From assembly GCF_020745735.1 (NCBI RefSeq), contig NW_026867443.1, forward strand, positions 186,001 to 250,000: 64,000 nt of DNA, given 5' to 3'. Origin of the DNA: Hemiscyllium ocellatum. Taxonomy: Eukaryota. Numbering within the stretch: the first letter of the stretch is position 1; every line of letters starts with the position of its first letter. Shown here piece after piece: positions 21,729 through 32,869 of this stretch. The notes beneath the pieces were generated by a model. That model made no database searches, had not been told where the DNA came from, and saw nothing but the letters and a program-made list of their open reading frames with translations. The position numbers and the translations under genes are program-made.

Positions 21729-21914
21729 CTGAGGGGTCAGAGAGAAACACAGTGAAGTCAGAACTGTCACAGAAAGAGCCTGTCAAATGAGAGATTGTTG
21801 GAGACACTGAGCATTCCTCTGGTTTCAGCATTTTCCCTTCAATCACAAGTCAGTGGAATTGGAGTGAAATGGAGAGCAGCTAAAAATTCAAGGTGGAAGG
21901 AGAGAGATTTGTAC

Positions 21915-21963
21915 CTGCGACACAGAATGCCAGGGGCCAGATCAGCTGGATGTGTGAAATCAT
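21915..21963 (-). CDS. Leader (signal peptide) exon of V1, MISHIQLIWPLAFCVA-G
   Basis: 49-nt exon with CACC-ATG start and a phase-1 GTACAA donor. 186-nt intron to the V exon. Confidence 0.93.
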
Positions 21964-22023
21964 GGTGTGTGCTCCTGTCCCTGTGCCTGGTTCCTGATAA
22001 ACTCTCCCTTCACTGGGCTCTGC

Positions 22024-22121
22024 TTTATAAAGCTGCAGCCTGTGAGAGTCTGACTGGGTGTTCCTCAGTATGTAAATGGCATCAGGCAGAGAGAGCCACA
22101 TCAGCCCCTCACACTTCCTCT
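22024..22121 (-). promoter_or_regulatory. V1 promoter: PU-box, octamer variant and TATA
   Basis: Minus strand: AGAGGAAGTG (22121-22112), ATTTACAT (22077-22070, one mismatch to ATTTGCAT), TTTATAAA (22031-22024). Confidence 0.75.
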
Positions 22122-23199
22122 TCTCTCTCTCTCTCTCTATCTCACTCTCTTTGTCTCAGAGAGTGATTGATGTGAACAGCACTGAATGAGGCCATTTGGC
22201 CCATTGTGTCTGTGCTGGTAAACAAAGATCTGATGACACTAATCCCATCCTCCAGCTCTTGGCCCATTACCCTGGAGGCTACAGCAACACAAGGGAATAT
22301 CTAAACACTGCTCCAATGTCACGAGAGTTTGTGACTCAACCAGTCTTTCAGGCAGTGAGTTCCAGACTCCCACCACCCTCTGGGTGAGAACATTTCTTCT
22401 CAACTTTCCTCTCACTCTCCAACTCTCCAACTCGCCTGGCCATGGACTCACTCGTGTTCAGAACGATGAGAGGGGATCTGATTGAAACATAAAAAATTGT
22501 AAGAGGGCTGGGCAGGGAGGAGGGTTCCCCTGGTTGGGGAGACTGGAACCAGGGGACACAGGCTCAGGGGGATACAGGGTAGACCATTTAGGACTGAGAT
22601 GAGGAAACATTTCTTCACTCAGAGGGTGGTCAACCTGTGGATTTCTCTACCACTGAAGGCTGTGGAGGATAAGAAACTGAATATATTCAAGAAAAAGAGA
22701 GAGATAATTGTTTTGCATTTTAACAGCTTGAAGAGAATGGGGAGAAGGCAGGAGTATGGCTTTGAGAGAGAGGATCAGCCATAGATCATAGAATGCCTAC
22801 AGTGTGGAAACAGGCCATTTGGCCCGACAAGACCACACCGACCCTCGAAGAAATGATGACATTCAAAAATTGATACAGCCACGATCATACTGAATGACAG
22901 AGCAGACTCAAAGGGCCGAATGGCCTACTGCTGCTCCAAGTTTCTACGTGCCCATGTCTGTGTTACCTACAATCTCTGTCCCAGGTTATGAAGTCCTTTA
23001 CTCATGTAAAAAGTGCCATCCTACCCACCCTATCACTATCCTGAATAATCTTATCTCTCTCTATCAGGTCCCTTTTACGCCTTCACTGCTCAAAGCTCAC
23101 ATTCAGGCAGCATCCTGGGAAATCTCCCCTGTACCCTCTCAGGTACAATCACATTCTTCCCAGAGTGTGGTGACCAGGACCTGTCGCTCTCTCTCTCTG

Positions 23200-23920
23200 A
23201 CTCACATCTGCCATTTCTTGCTCTCTACCTCTATCTATCTCTCCCAATGTTAATCTCTTTCATGTTCTCTCTCGCTCTCTCTCTCCCCCAGTCTCTCTCT
23301 CTCTCTCTCTCTCGCACGCACACTCTGTCTCATAGCCACTCTCTCCAACTCACTGATGCTTTCTCACTCCATCTTATCATCTGTTTCTCCATCTCTCACT
23401 GTCTCTGTTACTCGCTCCCTCTCTCACTTCAATTAAAAGCCTCCAATTGTTACCTGTCACTCTCTATTCCTCCCTCTTTCTCTCTCCTTCCCTCTCTACC
23501 TCCCAATTTACAGTTTCTCTCCCTCTCTCTCTGTCATTATAAATCTACCCATAATCATCTCTCTCCCTCAAACTCAACCCTACCCTCCCTCTCAACTCTC
23601 TTCATGCTTAGTCTCACACCCATCCTGTCTCTCACTCTCTCTCTCCTTGTCTCTTTGTCTCTCTCCATCCCTCTCAGTCACTCTGACTCACATCTTGTTT
23701 CTCTCTCTATCCCTCAACCTCACCATTTCTACCTCCATCTACCTCTCTCTTGGTCCTCTCACGTATCTTACACCGTATCAGTTGCTCATTCCTCTATCTC
23801 TGTCTCTCTCTCACTTTCTTTCTTTCTTTCTTTCTCTCTCTCTCACACACAAACACACACACACACAATTTTTCACTCCATTTCTCTCTCTGTCTCACTG
23901 CTCTCTCTTTCTGACAATCT
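23200..23920 (+). repeat. (TC)n-rich polypyrimidine low-complexity tract
   Basis: Long CT-rich run with interspersed (CA)n. It accounts for the S/L-rich ORFs 23247-23939 and 23647-23985. Shorter inverted homologue at 48050-48420. Confidence 0.9.
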
Positions 23921-24759
23921 CCTGGGTGGTGCCAGTTGAATGCAGGATAAATCTCCCTCTACTCTGCCCCACTAATGGATGTTAACCTTTGCCCCCTGTC
24001 TTCCCCTGGAGTAAGGCCCTATTTCCACTATGACCAGGGTTTGGCCTCTCTCAGGAAGATGGACAGATTCTGGTCAAATGAAGGGCAGTTCTGTGCTGTT
24101 CTGTGCTGTTGGCCTATTCTCACTGGGGACTGATTTGGACACAAAGCTCATTCCATGAAGGCCCAGCAGAGAGAGGAGATCCTCAGGCCATCAGTGTCAG
24201 CTGGAGGGACAGGACAGGCTCTGACCCACTGACCCATCCTGTCCATTCACAACATGTTCCAATCCCTTCCCCTCTCCTTCCCCTTCCATGGTCAGTCTTC
24301 TCTGAAATGGAGTGGTCCCTTCCCTGTCTCACACCAAGGAGGAGATGGACAGATATTTAATGGGTAATGGGTTAAAGGATGATGGAGAGTGGGCAGGAAA
24401 ATGGAGTTGAGTCTGAGATGGGATCAGCCATGATTGTATTAAATGGTGGAGTGGGCTCGAGGGGCTGAATTGCCTGCTCCTGCTCCTAGTTCTTATCTTC
24501 CTCCACCCACTCCCCCATCCCTCTTACTGCAATTTTGTGAACATTCTTGGAATGTTTGGACATTGAAGGCGCTATGTGAATTCAAGATTTGTGTGGATTT
24601 AATGTGGGGACAGAATTGCGCACGGGCTGTGATAGCTCCTGCGGTTGAATATCCTGCTCGCAGGCTTCCGCCTTCCATATACAGAATGGCGAAGTGGGGG
24701 ATGTCGGAATGTACTGCCGGGGTACACGGCACTGTCCTCTAGCAATGTGGTTGACTCTC

Positions 24760-26560
24760 TAGTGCCCTCTGAAATGGCCGAGCAAGGCTCTCAGTTGTAT
24801 CAATTATGACAATGTTTCAACAAAGAAATGAGACCGGACGGACCACAGGCATCGATCTAGACACCGAAAAGACAATGACAGAAACAGTCCTGTCTACCCT
24901 GCTCTATCCTCCTTACTGACATCTGGGAGCTAGTCCCAAATTCAGGAGAGCTGTCTTACAGATGACTCAAGCAACAGATTGACACAGTCATACTCACAGA
25001 ACCATACCTTACAGACAATGTCCCAGACACCACCATCACTGTCCCTGCATGTGTCCTGTCCCACCAGAAAGGCAGACCCAGCAGAGCTGATGACACAGTG
25101 GGCTACAGTCAGGAGAGAGTTACCCGGGGAAATCTCAAAGTTGGCTCTGGACCCCGTGAAGAATCATGAAACTAAGTTTAACATGGGCGAGGAAACCTCC
25201 TGGTGATTACAAGGTATCTTGCTTCCTCGGCTGACGAATCAGTCTCTCCTGGATGTTGAACTGCATTTGGAGGAAGCATTGAGGGTGATGACAGCAGAGA
25301 GTGTACTCTGGGTGGGAGGTTTCAACGTCCACCACTGAGAGTGGCTCGGCAGCAGCATTACTGATCGAGCTGGTTGGTTCCTCATGGATGTAGCTGAGGG
25401 ACTGGCTCTGCAGCTGGAACCAAAAAGATGGAAAAAGATGCTTGAACCCACCCTCACAAATCTTGTGGCTGTAGATGCATCTATCCTTGACAGTATTGGT
25501 AAGAGTGACCATCACACAGTCCTTGTGGAAACAAAGTCTGACCTTCACAGTGAGAATCCCCTCTATTGTGTTGTGTGTTACTATCACCGTACTAAATAGG
25601 ACAGACTCCGAACAGATATTGCAACTCAAGGCAAACTCGTAAATGGGGATGATTGCCAAAAATTGCACAATGCTCAGCACTATTCTCAACTTTTCAGATA
25701 CTGAAGCAGTCCACGTGCAAATGCAATAATATGTGGACACTATCCAGGTTTTGTCTGAGAAGTGACATTTCCCATTGGTGCCGTGCAAATGCCAGCCAAT
25801 TACCATCACCAATAAGAGACAATCTAAACATCGCCCCTTGACAAATGCAATAATATGTGGACACTATCCAGGTTTTGTCTGAGAAGTGACATTTCCCATT
25901 GGTGCCGTGCAAATGCCAGCCAATTACCATCACCAATAAGAGACAATCTAAACATCGCCCCTTGACAATCAATGCTATTACCATCACTGAATCCCCACTA
26001 TCAACATTCTTGAGGTACCATTGACCAGAAACACAACTGGATTCACCAAAGAAACACAGTGGTTACAAGAGCAAGTTAGAGGCTAGGAATACTACATCCA
26101 GTAACCCACCTCCTGACCCCCCCCCCCCCCCAAAGCCTGTCAACCAAGTCAGGAGTGTGAGCAAATACTCCCCACTTGCCTGGACAGGTGCAGCTCCAAC
26201 AACACTCATAGATTGATAGTGTCACAGAGTCATACAGCACAGAAACAAACCCTTAAGCCAAACTTCGACATGCTGACCAGGTTTTCTGACGTGAACTCAT
26301 CTTATTTGCCTGCATTTCACACATATCCCTTGAAACCTTTCCTATCTATGTCTATTGTATCCTATGTCTTTCTTATCCACTCAAAAATCTTGATACCATC
26401 CAGAGCAAAGCAAACTCCTTGATTGGCATCGCATTCTCAAAGCATCAAAACTCACTGTCACTGACGCTCCAGAGCAGCAGTGTGTATTATTGATAAGAAG
26501 CACTGCAGAAATTCATCACCAATCTTCAGATAGCATCTTCCAAACCCATGGACAAAAATA
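24760..26560 (+). mobile_element. Decayed LINE (L2/CR1-related clade) endonuclease and RT remnant
   Basis: Reads VGGFNVHH*EWLGS...DSIGKSDHHTVLVET (APE GDFN and SDH motifs). A same-orientation relative at 44620-45130 is an independent insertion. Confidence 0.7.
25718..25965 (+). repeat. Perfect 124-bp tandem duplication
   Basis: Units 25718-25841 and 25842-25965 are identical, with CAA microhomology at the junction. Confidence 0.95.
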
Positions 26561-27319
26561 GAAATTGCAGGAAAAGCTCAGCAGGTTTGGCAGCATCTTG
26601 GAGAGAAATCAGAATTAACATTTTGGGTTGAGCATGAAATATTAACTCTGATTTCTCTTCACAAATGCTGCCAGACCTGCTGAGCTTTTCCAGCACTTTC
26701 TATTTTTGTCTCGGATTTACAGCATCTGCAGTTCTTTTGTTTTCCCTCCAAAAGAACTTCCATTTAGAACAAGAGCAGCAGATACATGGGAACACTGTGA
26801 GCTGCAAGTTCCCCTCGAAAAAGCTTAGCATCCTGACTTGGAAATATGTCACTGATCCCTCAGCCTTGCTGGGTTAGAATGCTGGCATTGTGGGTCAACT
26901 TACAGCTTGTGGACGATAACAATTCAAGATGGCAGCTTCCCACCACCTACTCCAGGGTAACTAGGGACAGGGTAAAAAATGTTGACCCAGCCGGTGAAGC
27001 CCACTTCCCACAGGTGAATATGCAAAACCAAATGAAGTGTCCCTCAGGAGGGGAGAGGGAATGTTCAGGATCCTGAACTCCATTTCCCAGCCCAGGCAGT
27101 TTGTCTCCCAATGAATGAATGAGATACCAATTTGAAGCCCAGGTTCAGGGCAGTCTCACTCTGTGGACATGAGGTTTATGAGAGGGAATTGGAGATTGAG
27201 CTGTAAAGGAAAGATTTGCTGGGTTACGGGGAGAGAGGGGGGAAGCAGTGGGACTAACTGGGTCATTCAAAGGATTGATGGGCTGAATGGCCTCCTCCTG
27301 TACTGTCAGATTCCAGGGA

Positions 27320-27560
27320 GTGCAGATGGTTCACAGTTTTCTCCCGTCTCAGTAACAAACATCCAGCTGCTCCGAGCTCCTTCTTTCACTTCCCCTGTTG
27401 GTGAAGTTTCAACCTTGTGCTCTGACAGTCTTTGCAGTTATTTGTTGCACTGGGGCTTTCTGCTGTGGTCAGAATCTCTAATAATAAGTGTCCAATCAGT
27501 GACAATCACAGCAGCTAAGAGCAGTCAGGACTGGGGAGCCAGGCTCACTGGGAAACACAT
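27320..27560 (-). promoter_or_regulatory. Candidate upstream B-cell enhancer, cluster 1 copy (EICE, RUNX, E-box)
   Basis: GGAAGTGAAA (minus strand, 27393-27384), TGTGGT 27464-27469, CAGCTG 27364-27369. ~95% ungapped identity to 44161-44390. Confidence 0.5.
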
Positions 27561-28699
27561 TGGGAAGATCCAAGTCATCCTATTCAGCTCCCAGTACAAA
27601 CTCCATCCCTCTCCCTGAGCACTGTCTGCAGTTCAACCAAACTCTTAACAATTTTGCCCTCATCTTTGGGGCTGATTTGAGGCACAAATCCTCCACATAT
27701 CAACGACTGAAAATCTCAACCATGTTTTTGAGACCATTCCAATGTTATCCAGGCCCACATCACAGCTATTGACTTCCGTAAACATCAGCTCATCCCAAAC
27801 TCTGCTGTCTGTGTTCAAACTCACACCAAGTCCACCCCACACCCCTGCCCACACCTCCCCACCCCACCATGACCACCACAATCCTCACTGACTGACATCA
27901 GCTCCTGGTCCAGCAATACCTCGATTTTCAAATTCTCATCCCTGTTCTCAATCTGCTCCCTGTACTTCCACCAGCCCTATCTCTGTGACCTCCTCCAAGG
28001 TGCCTCACACAGTGTGATCGATAATCTTGGATGTATGTCTCTCTGTTTCTTCATCCAAGTCATTGAGAAATATTGTGAAAAGCTGAGGTTCCAGCACAGA
28101 TCCCTGAGAATAGCACTACTCACATCTGGCTCATTGGAACACATGCACATTATCCTTCCTCTCTGTCTCCTAGGCAGACCCATTCCTGACCCAAGGTAAA
28201 TGCATTTCTCAAATTCCATCCAATTCCATGATTTGGAGATGCCGGTGTTGGACTGCCGTGTAAATGTTAAAAATCACAGAACACCAGGTTCGAATGCAAC
28301 AGCTTTTTTTGGAAGCATCAGCGTTTAGAGTGCTGCTCCTTCATCAGATGGTTGTGGAGTGTAAGATCTGAATCAATGTTTCTTTTGTGGAACATTCTTA
28401 AATGTCTTTTGGAATTCCCTATAGACAATAGCCATCGACATTCCCTTATATCCCACATGAGTGAGCTCCTAACAAAGTCTAACCCAGTTAGTTAAAGATG
28501 TCTGAACCTTTGTCAATCCATGCTGTCTATCTCGGACCAGTTCATATTTGTCCGTTATTCTGTCCCTAAAAACAGACTCAATCACTTCCTGACAACAGAC
28601 ATTCAATGGAGATGTTCATTATAATTGAGGCTCGTAAACAGCTAGCATTGACATGAGGGGCTGAACAGCCTCCTCCTGTGCTGGCACCTTCTCTGTCTC

Positions 28700-31400
28700 C
28701 TTGACGGAAATATTTTACAGATTAAAAACTAAAGACCAGCAGCAAATTTTAAAATATAAATTAAAAACTCCTCAAATAATTTCCACATACAGGGCCGGGC
28801 GATGTGTAGTAATTGTACGATAGGGAAGCTGGTGGAGCCCATTGTAGCTCAGAGTGACCACATCTACAGCAAGTGTTGGTTGCTCAAGGCACTCCAGCTC
28901 AGAGTGGTGTTGAGGATCCAGTTGTTGTTGTCTGTGTCGGGACCAACAACATCAGCAAAAATCGGCAAAAGGTCCTATTTGGACAATATCTGGAAAGCTA
29001 TCAGAAGGATATTGATTAAACAGATGGAGAGAAATAAGAAAGAGGTGAGTACAGCATCAGTGCTGAGGAACAGATTCCAGTGAATGGGCCAAATACGAGT
29101 TCTATATACGAATGCACGGAGCGTAAGGAATAAATACAATAATCTGCAGGCACAAATTCAAATTTAAGATTGTGGTATCGGATCAATTACTGAGCCATAG
29201 TTGCAGAATCATTCAGATTGGGAACGATATCTATCGGGTTAGAAGGTTCACAGGATGGATATGGGAAATGGCAGAAGAGGTGGAGCAGCTTTATTGATGA
29301 GGAAAAAAATGGCTTCAATGGTGAGGGAGGTCATAATGAGGAGAAAACATTCAGTGGAACTGAGGAGCAGGAAAGGATCGAAAACTGTAGTAGATGTTGG
29401 ATACAGACCCCCCTGACAGCAGCTCTGAGGTGCTGGATTGTATATATACAGAAATTAGACAAGTGTGTAGCAAAGCCAGTGTATTATTAATGGGGAAGTT
29501 TAACTTTAACTTAGATTGGGAGACAGACAAGCCCTCTGTCAGAAAGGTAGTGAATTGCTGCTGTGTGTCCAGAATAGTTTCCAACAGCAATAGGTCCTGG
29601 ATACAACAAGGGGACAAGCAATATTGGAATTAGTAATGAATAATGAGCCAGATTTAGTTCGTAACTATTTGTGCATGAACATTTATCAAATAGTGATCAT
29701 AACATGATCTAGTTTAGTGTCGCATTTGAAAGTAAAAAGCATGAATCAGCTGCTAGAGTTTGAGATTAAGGTAAGACTGACTTTAATGAGATGTGACAGA
29801 AACTGTCCACAATAAACTGGGAAAATCTGCTCATGGGTAAAACAACTGAAGAACAGTGGGGAATATTTAAAGGAACATTCAACACAAAACAAAGCCAGTT
29901 TATACCTGAGAGGGAAATGCGAACAAACAACAATGGTCAATTAAAGAGATAAGGGAAAGAATAAAATGTTTAAAAAAAGCTAACAGAAAAGCAAAAAATA
30001 AGGACAGATTCCGCTGAATGGGAAGAATACGAAAGGGCCCCATATCAGCTTCTAAGAGCTACCAAAAGGGATTCTGAAAGGAAACATGTAACAAAATCAA
30101 TAAGGAGAAATGTTACAGTTCCATAAAAGGGAAGCTGGGAGGTCAGGAGCAATGTTGGCCATTAAAAACTGAAAGTGAGGGATATTGTCAGTGACAATGG
30201 GGAAATGCCAGCCATGTTAAATAAATACTTTACCTCAAGATTTGCAGTAGAAAAGGAAGAGGACTTGCCTGAAGTCCCAAAGGAATTAACAGAGGATCTG
30301 TGTCAGGGACTGATTAGATTCCATGCAGTGTGCAAACATGCCTTTTGGCCCAACCAGTCCACACTGACCCTCCGAAGAGTAATCTATCCAGACCCATTTT
30401 CCCTCTGACTAATGCAATTAACACTATGGGCAATTTAGTATGGCCAATTCACCTGACCTGCACATCTTTGGATAGTAGGAGGAAACCCATGCAGACAATG
30501 TGTAAACTCCACACAGGCAGTTGCCCAACGCTGGAATTGACCTGGAACTCTGGTGCTGTGAGGCAGCAGTGCTAACCATTGTGTCACCTGAATAAAGTTA
30601 ATGTCAATATAACATGTGTAATAAGGAAAATAATGGAACTAAAGAGTGACAAATCCTCAGGACCTGAGAGTGATAAAGTAGTAATAGACCACATTGCAGA
30701 TACCCTGACTATAATCTTTCAGAGTTACCTGGATTCAGGAGTCGTACCGCTGAACTGGAAAATGGCAAATTTCATTTCACATTTAACAAGGATGTTAGAG
30801 AAAAGCCAGGGAATTACAGGTCACTCAGCCAACGTTTGTGGTGTGGAAATTGTTGTAGTCTATAATCAAGGATGGGGTAACTGAAGACCTTGAAAATGGT
30901 CAGTTACTCAGGGAGAATCAGCATGGATTCATGACAAGTTGGTCATGGTGAAAAACCACATTGAACATTGTTGAAGAGGAAACATAATTACTGGACACAG
31001 TAATGTCAATGGATGTTGTTTATAGGGACTTCCAGAAGGCATTTGATAAAATCCCATGTAAGAAACTGTCAACTCAGTTAGAAATCCACAGAATTTAAGC
31101 TAAAATACTGCCATACCGAAATTGGTTGAGTGACAGGTGACAGAAAATAGGGATCATGGATAAGTGCTGAAATCAGCAGGATGTGACCAGTGGTGTCCAA
31201 TAGGAATGTGTGCGCACACCTCAATTATTTACATTATTTAATAATGCATTGGATAATGGCAGAGAAAGTCAAATACTCTAGTTTGCTAATGACACAAAGT
31301 TAGGCAGCTTTGTAGGTAGTGTTCACAGAGTCAGAGAGTCAGCATTCATCCAGTGCAATCTTTAACAGAGTATAATTTATCTTTGACATAGAACTCCTTG
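28700..31400 (+). mobile_element. Old CR1 LINE (esterase ORF1 end, then ORF2), decayed
   Basis: DPVVVVCVGTNNISK (SGNH-esterase motif), then LYTNARSVRNK (endonuclease start) and RT remnants. Contains a SINE at ~30312-30590. Confidence 0.75.
30312..30590 (-). mobile_element. HE1-type V-SINE, internally deleted
   Basis: Reverse complement has TGGTTAGCACTGCTGCCTCACAGC, the V-SINE core and the tail. Confidence 0.75.
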
Positions 31401-31518
31401 ACTCCATCTCTCTCACTCTCACTCTCTCTCCCACCCCTCTCTAACTCAGCTGCATAGATCTCACTCTGAGTTCCATCCCTCTTTCTCTGTCCAAGCTCTA
31501 TCCCCCTCTCTTTTAGTG

Positions 31519-31560
<42 letters not shown>

Positions 31561-32869
31561 GTCTCTCTCCCTATGCTCCATCTCTTGCTCTCGAAGCCAT
31601 ATCCCTGCCTCCATTTCAGCTGCTGGGAGTTCGATCTAAGCCAATTCCAGTGAATCCCATGGAGAATAATGACGGGATATTTGGAGTGTGAGTTTGATGA
31701 TGTAAATGTGAACCATTGCAGCAAAGACATTACAGATGGTTTGTACAGACAGCAAAGCCCAAACCAGAGCATTGTGTCAATCAACACAGAACTTATGAAA
31801 GCTTCAATAAAAACAATTATTAATGTGATTCTCAGAGACATCATTATTCTAGTTACAAATGGCTATTTCCCAGTGAAGGTACATCCTGCTGAATATTAGA
31901 TACAGCTGGCCTTTGAAGAAATATTGGGCAGATGGAGTGTAATGTGGGGGAGTGTGACCTTGTTCACTTTCACAATAATCATTCAAATGTGACTGGATAG
32001 TTGTTAAGTCCACATAGCAAAACTTGCCATTGGGTATAATCCATTAGGTGTGATAAATACAGAAACTCGCTTCGTTCTAGTTATCAGTGAGTTCTTGTCA
32101 ACATCCTTTTAACAAATCAATTTTATACAAGAATGATATACTACAAACCCTCTCTATGCAACCTTCTCAGCTGGGAATAGGGAATGAATCTGGTTTTGTG
32201 ACGAGACTCACGTTCCTCGAGTCTACACAGAATTAAATTGAACAGTTTGGTTCAGGAGCCAATACTACAGGAGAACTCCAATTACTCTGATATGGTTCAA
32301 TCAGCTGATTCTCCAACATGGAAGCCCTTTGTTCCATTGCCGGTTTTGGTTGGTTTTTGTTTTATTTTGTCTGAATTACCAAATTCATGTTATAATTTAT
32401 TCATGTGGTAGATCTAAGTGTATCAATACAAGTCCACAAGATAAAGGAGCAGAATTGGGCCATTTGGCCTATCATGTCTGGTCATTTACAGTTGATAATG
32501 TTTCTCAGCCCCAATCCCTTCCCTTTTCCCTGTAAATCTTGATCCCTTGACCAATCAAGAGCCAATCTATCTCTTTCTTAAATACACTCAATGAATTGGT
32601 CTCCAAGGCCCTCTGCAGTTCCACAGATTAATGACACTCTGGCTGAAGAAATTCCTTCTCAACTCAGTTTGAAAGATCATCTCTTCACTCTGAGGCTGTG
32701 CCCTCAGGTCTCCAACTCTCCTATTATTAGAAACATCTCCTTCATGTCCACTCTATCCAGGCCACCCTGTATTCTGTAAGTTTCAATGACATTCCCTCTC
32801 ATCTTTCTAAACTCCATCAAGTATAGAACCAAAGTCCTCAACGACTCCTCATTTAAGCATCTTTGTATT

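Larger units (their letters stand above)
8075..28220 (-). repeat. Left arm of inverted segmental duplication (mate 43520-59010)
   Basis: Collinear reverse-complement matches: 8100-9065 with 58020-59000; 10500-11330 with 56480-57300; 15360-16250 with 51640-52530; 19270-20816 with 50411-51240; 21120-24330 with 47690-50398; 27300-28220 with 43520-44430. Confidence 0.9.

Noticed and set aside
21391-21846. ORF-track starts MIEGKMLK.../MTEGKMLK... as N-termini of the V proteins
   Set aside because: These are translated leader-V intron. The true start is the upstream leader exon, and the C-terminal extension is read-through into the RSS.
23247-23985. Long ORFs (230 aa and 112 aa)
   Set aside because: Ser/Leu-rich translations of a (TC)n tract that lacks stop codons.
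31557-31844. Hydrophobic 95-aa ORF suggesting a GPCR or transmembrane fragment
   Set aside because: No DRY, NPxxY or other family motif. AT-rich composition explains the hydrophobicity and the ORF runs into a (TC)n repeat.
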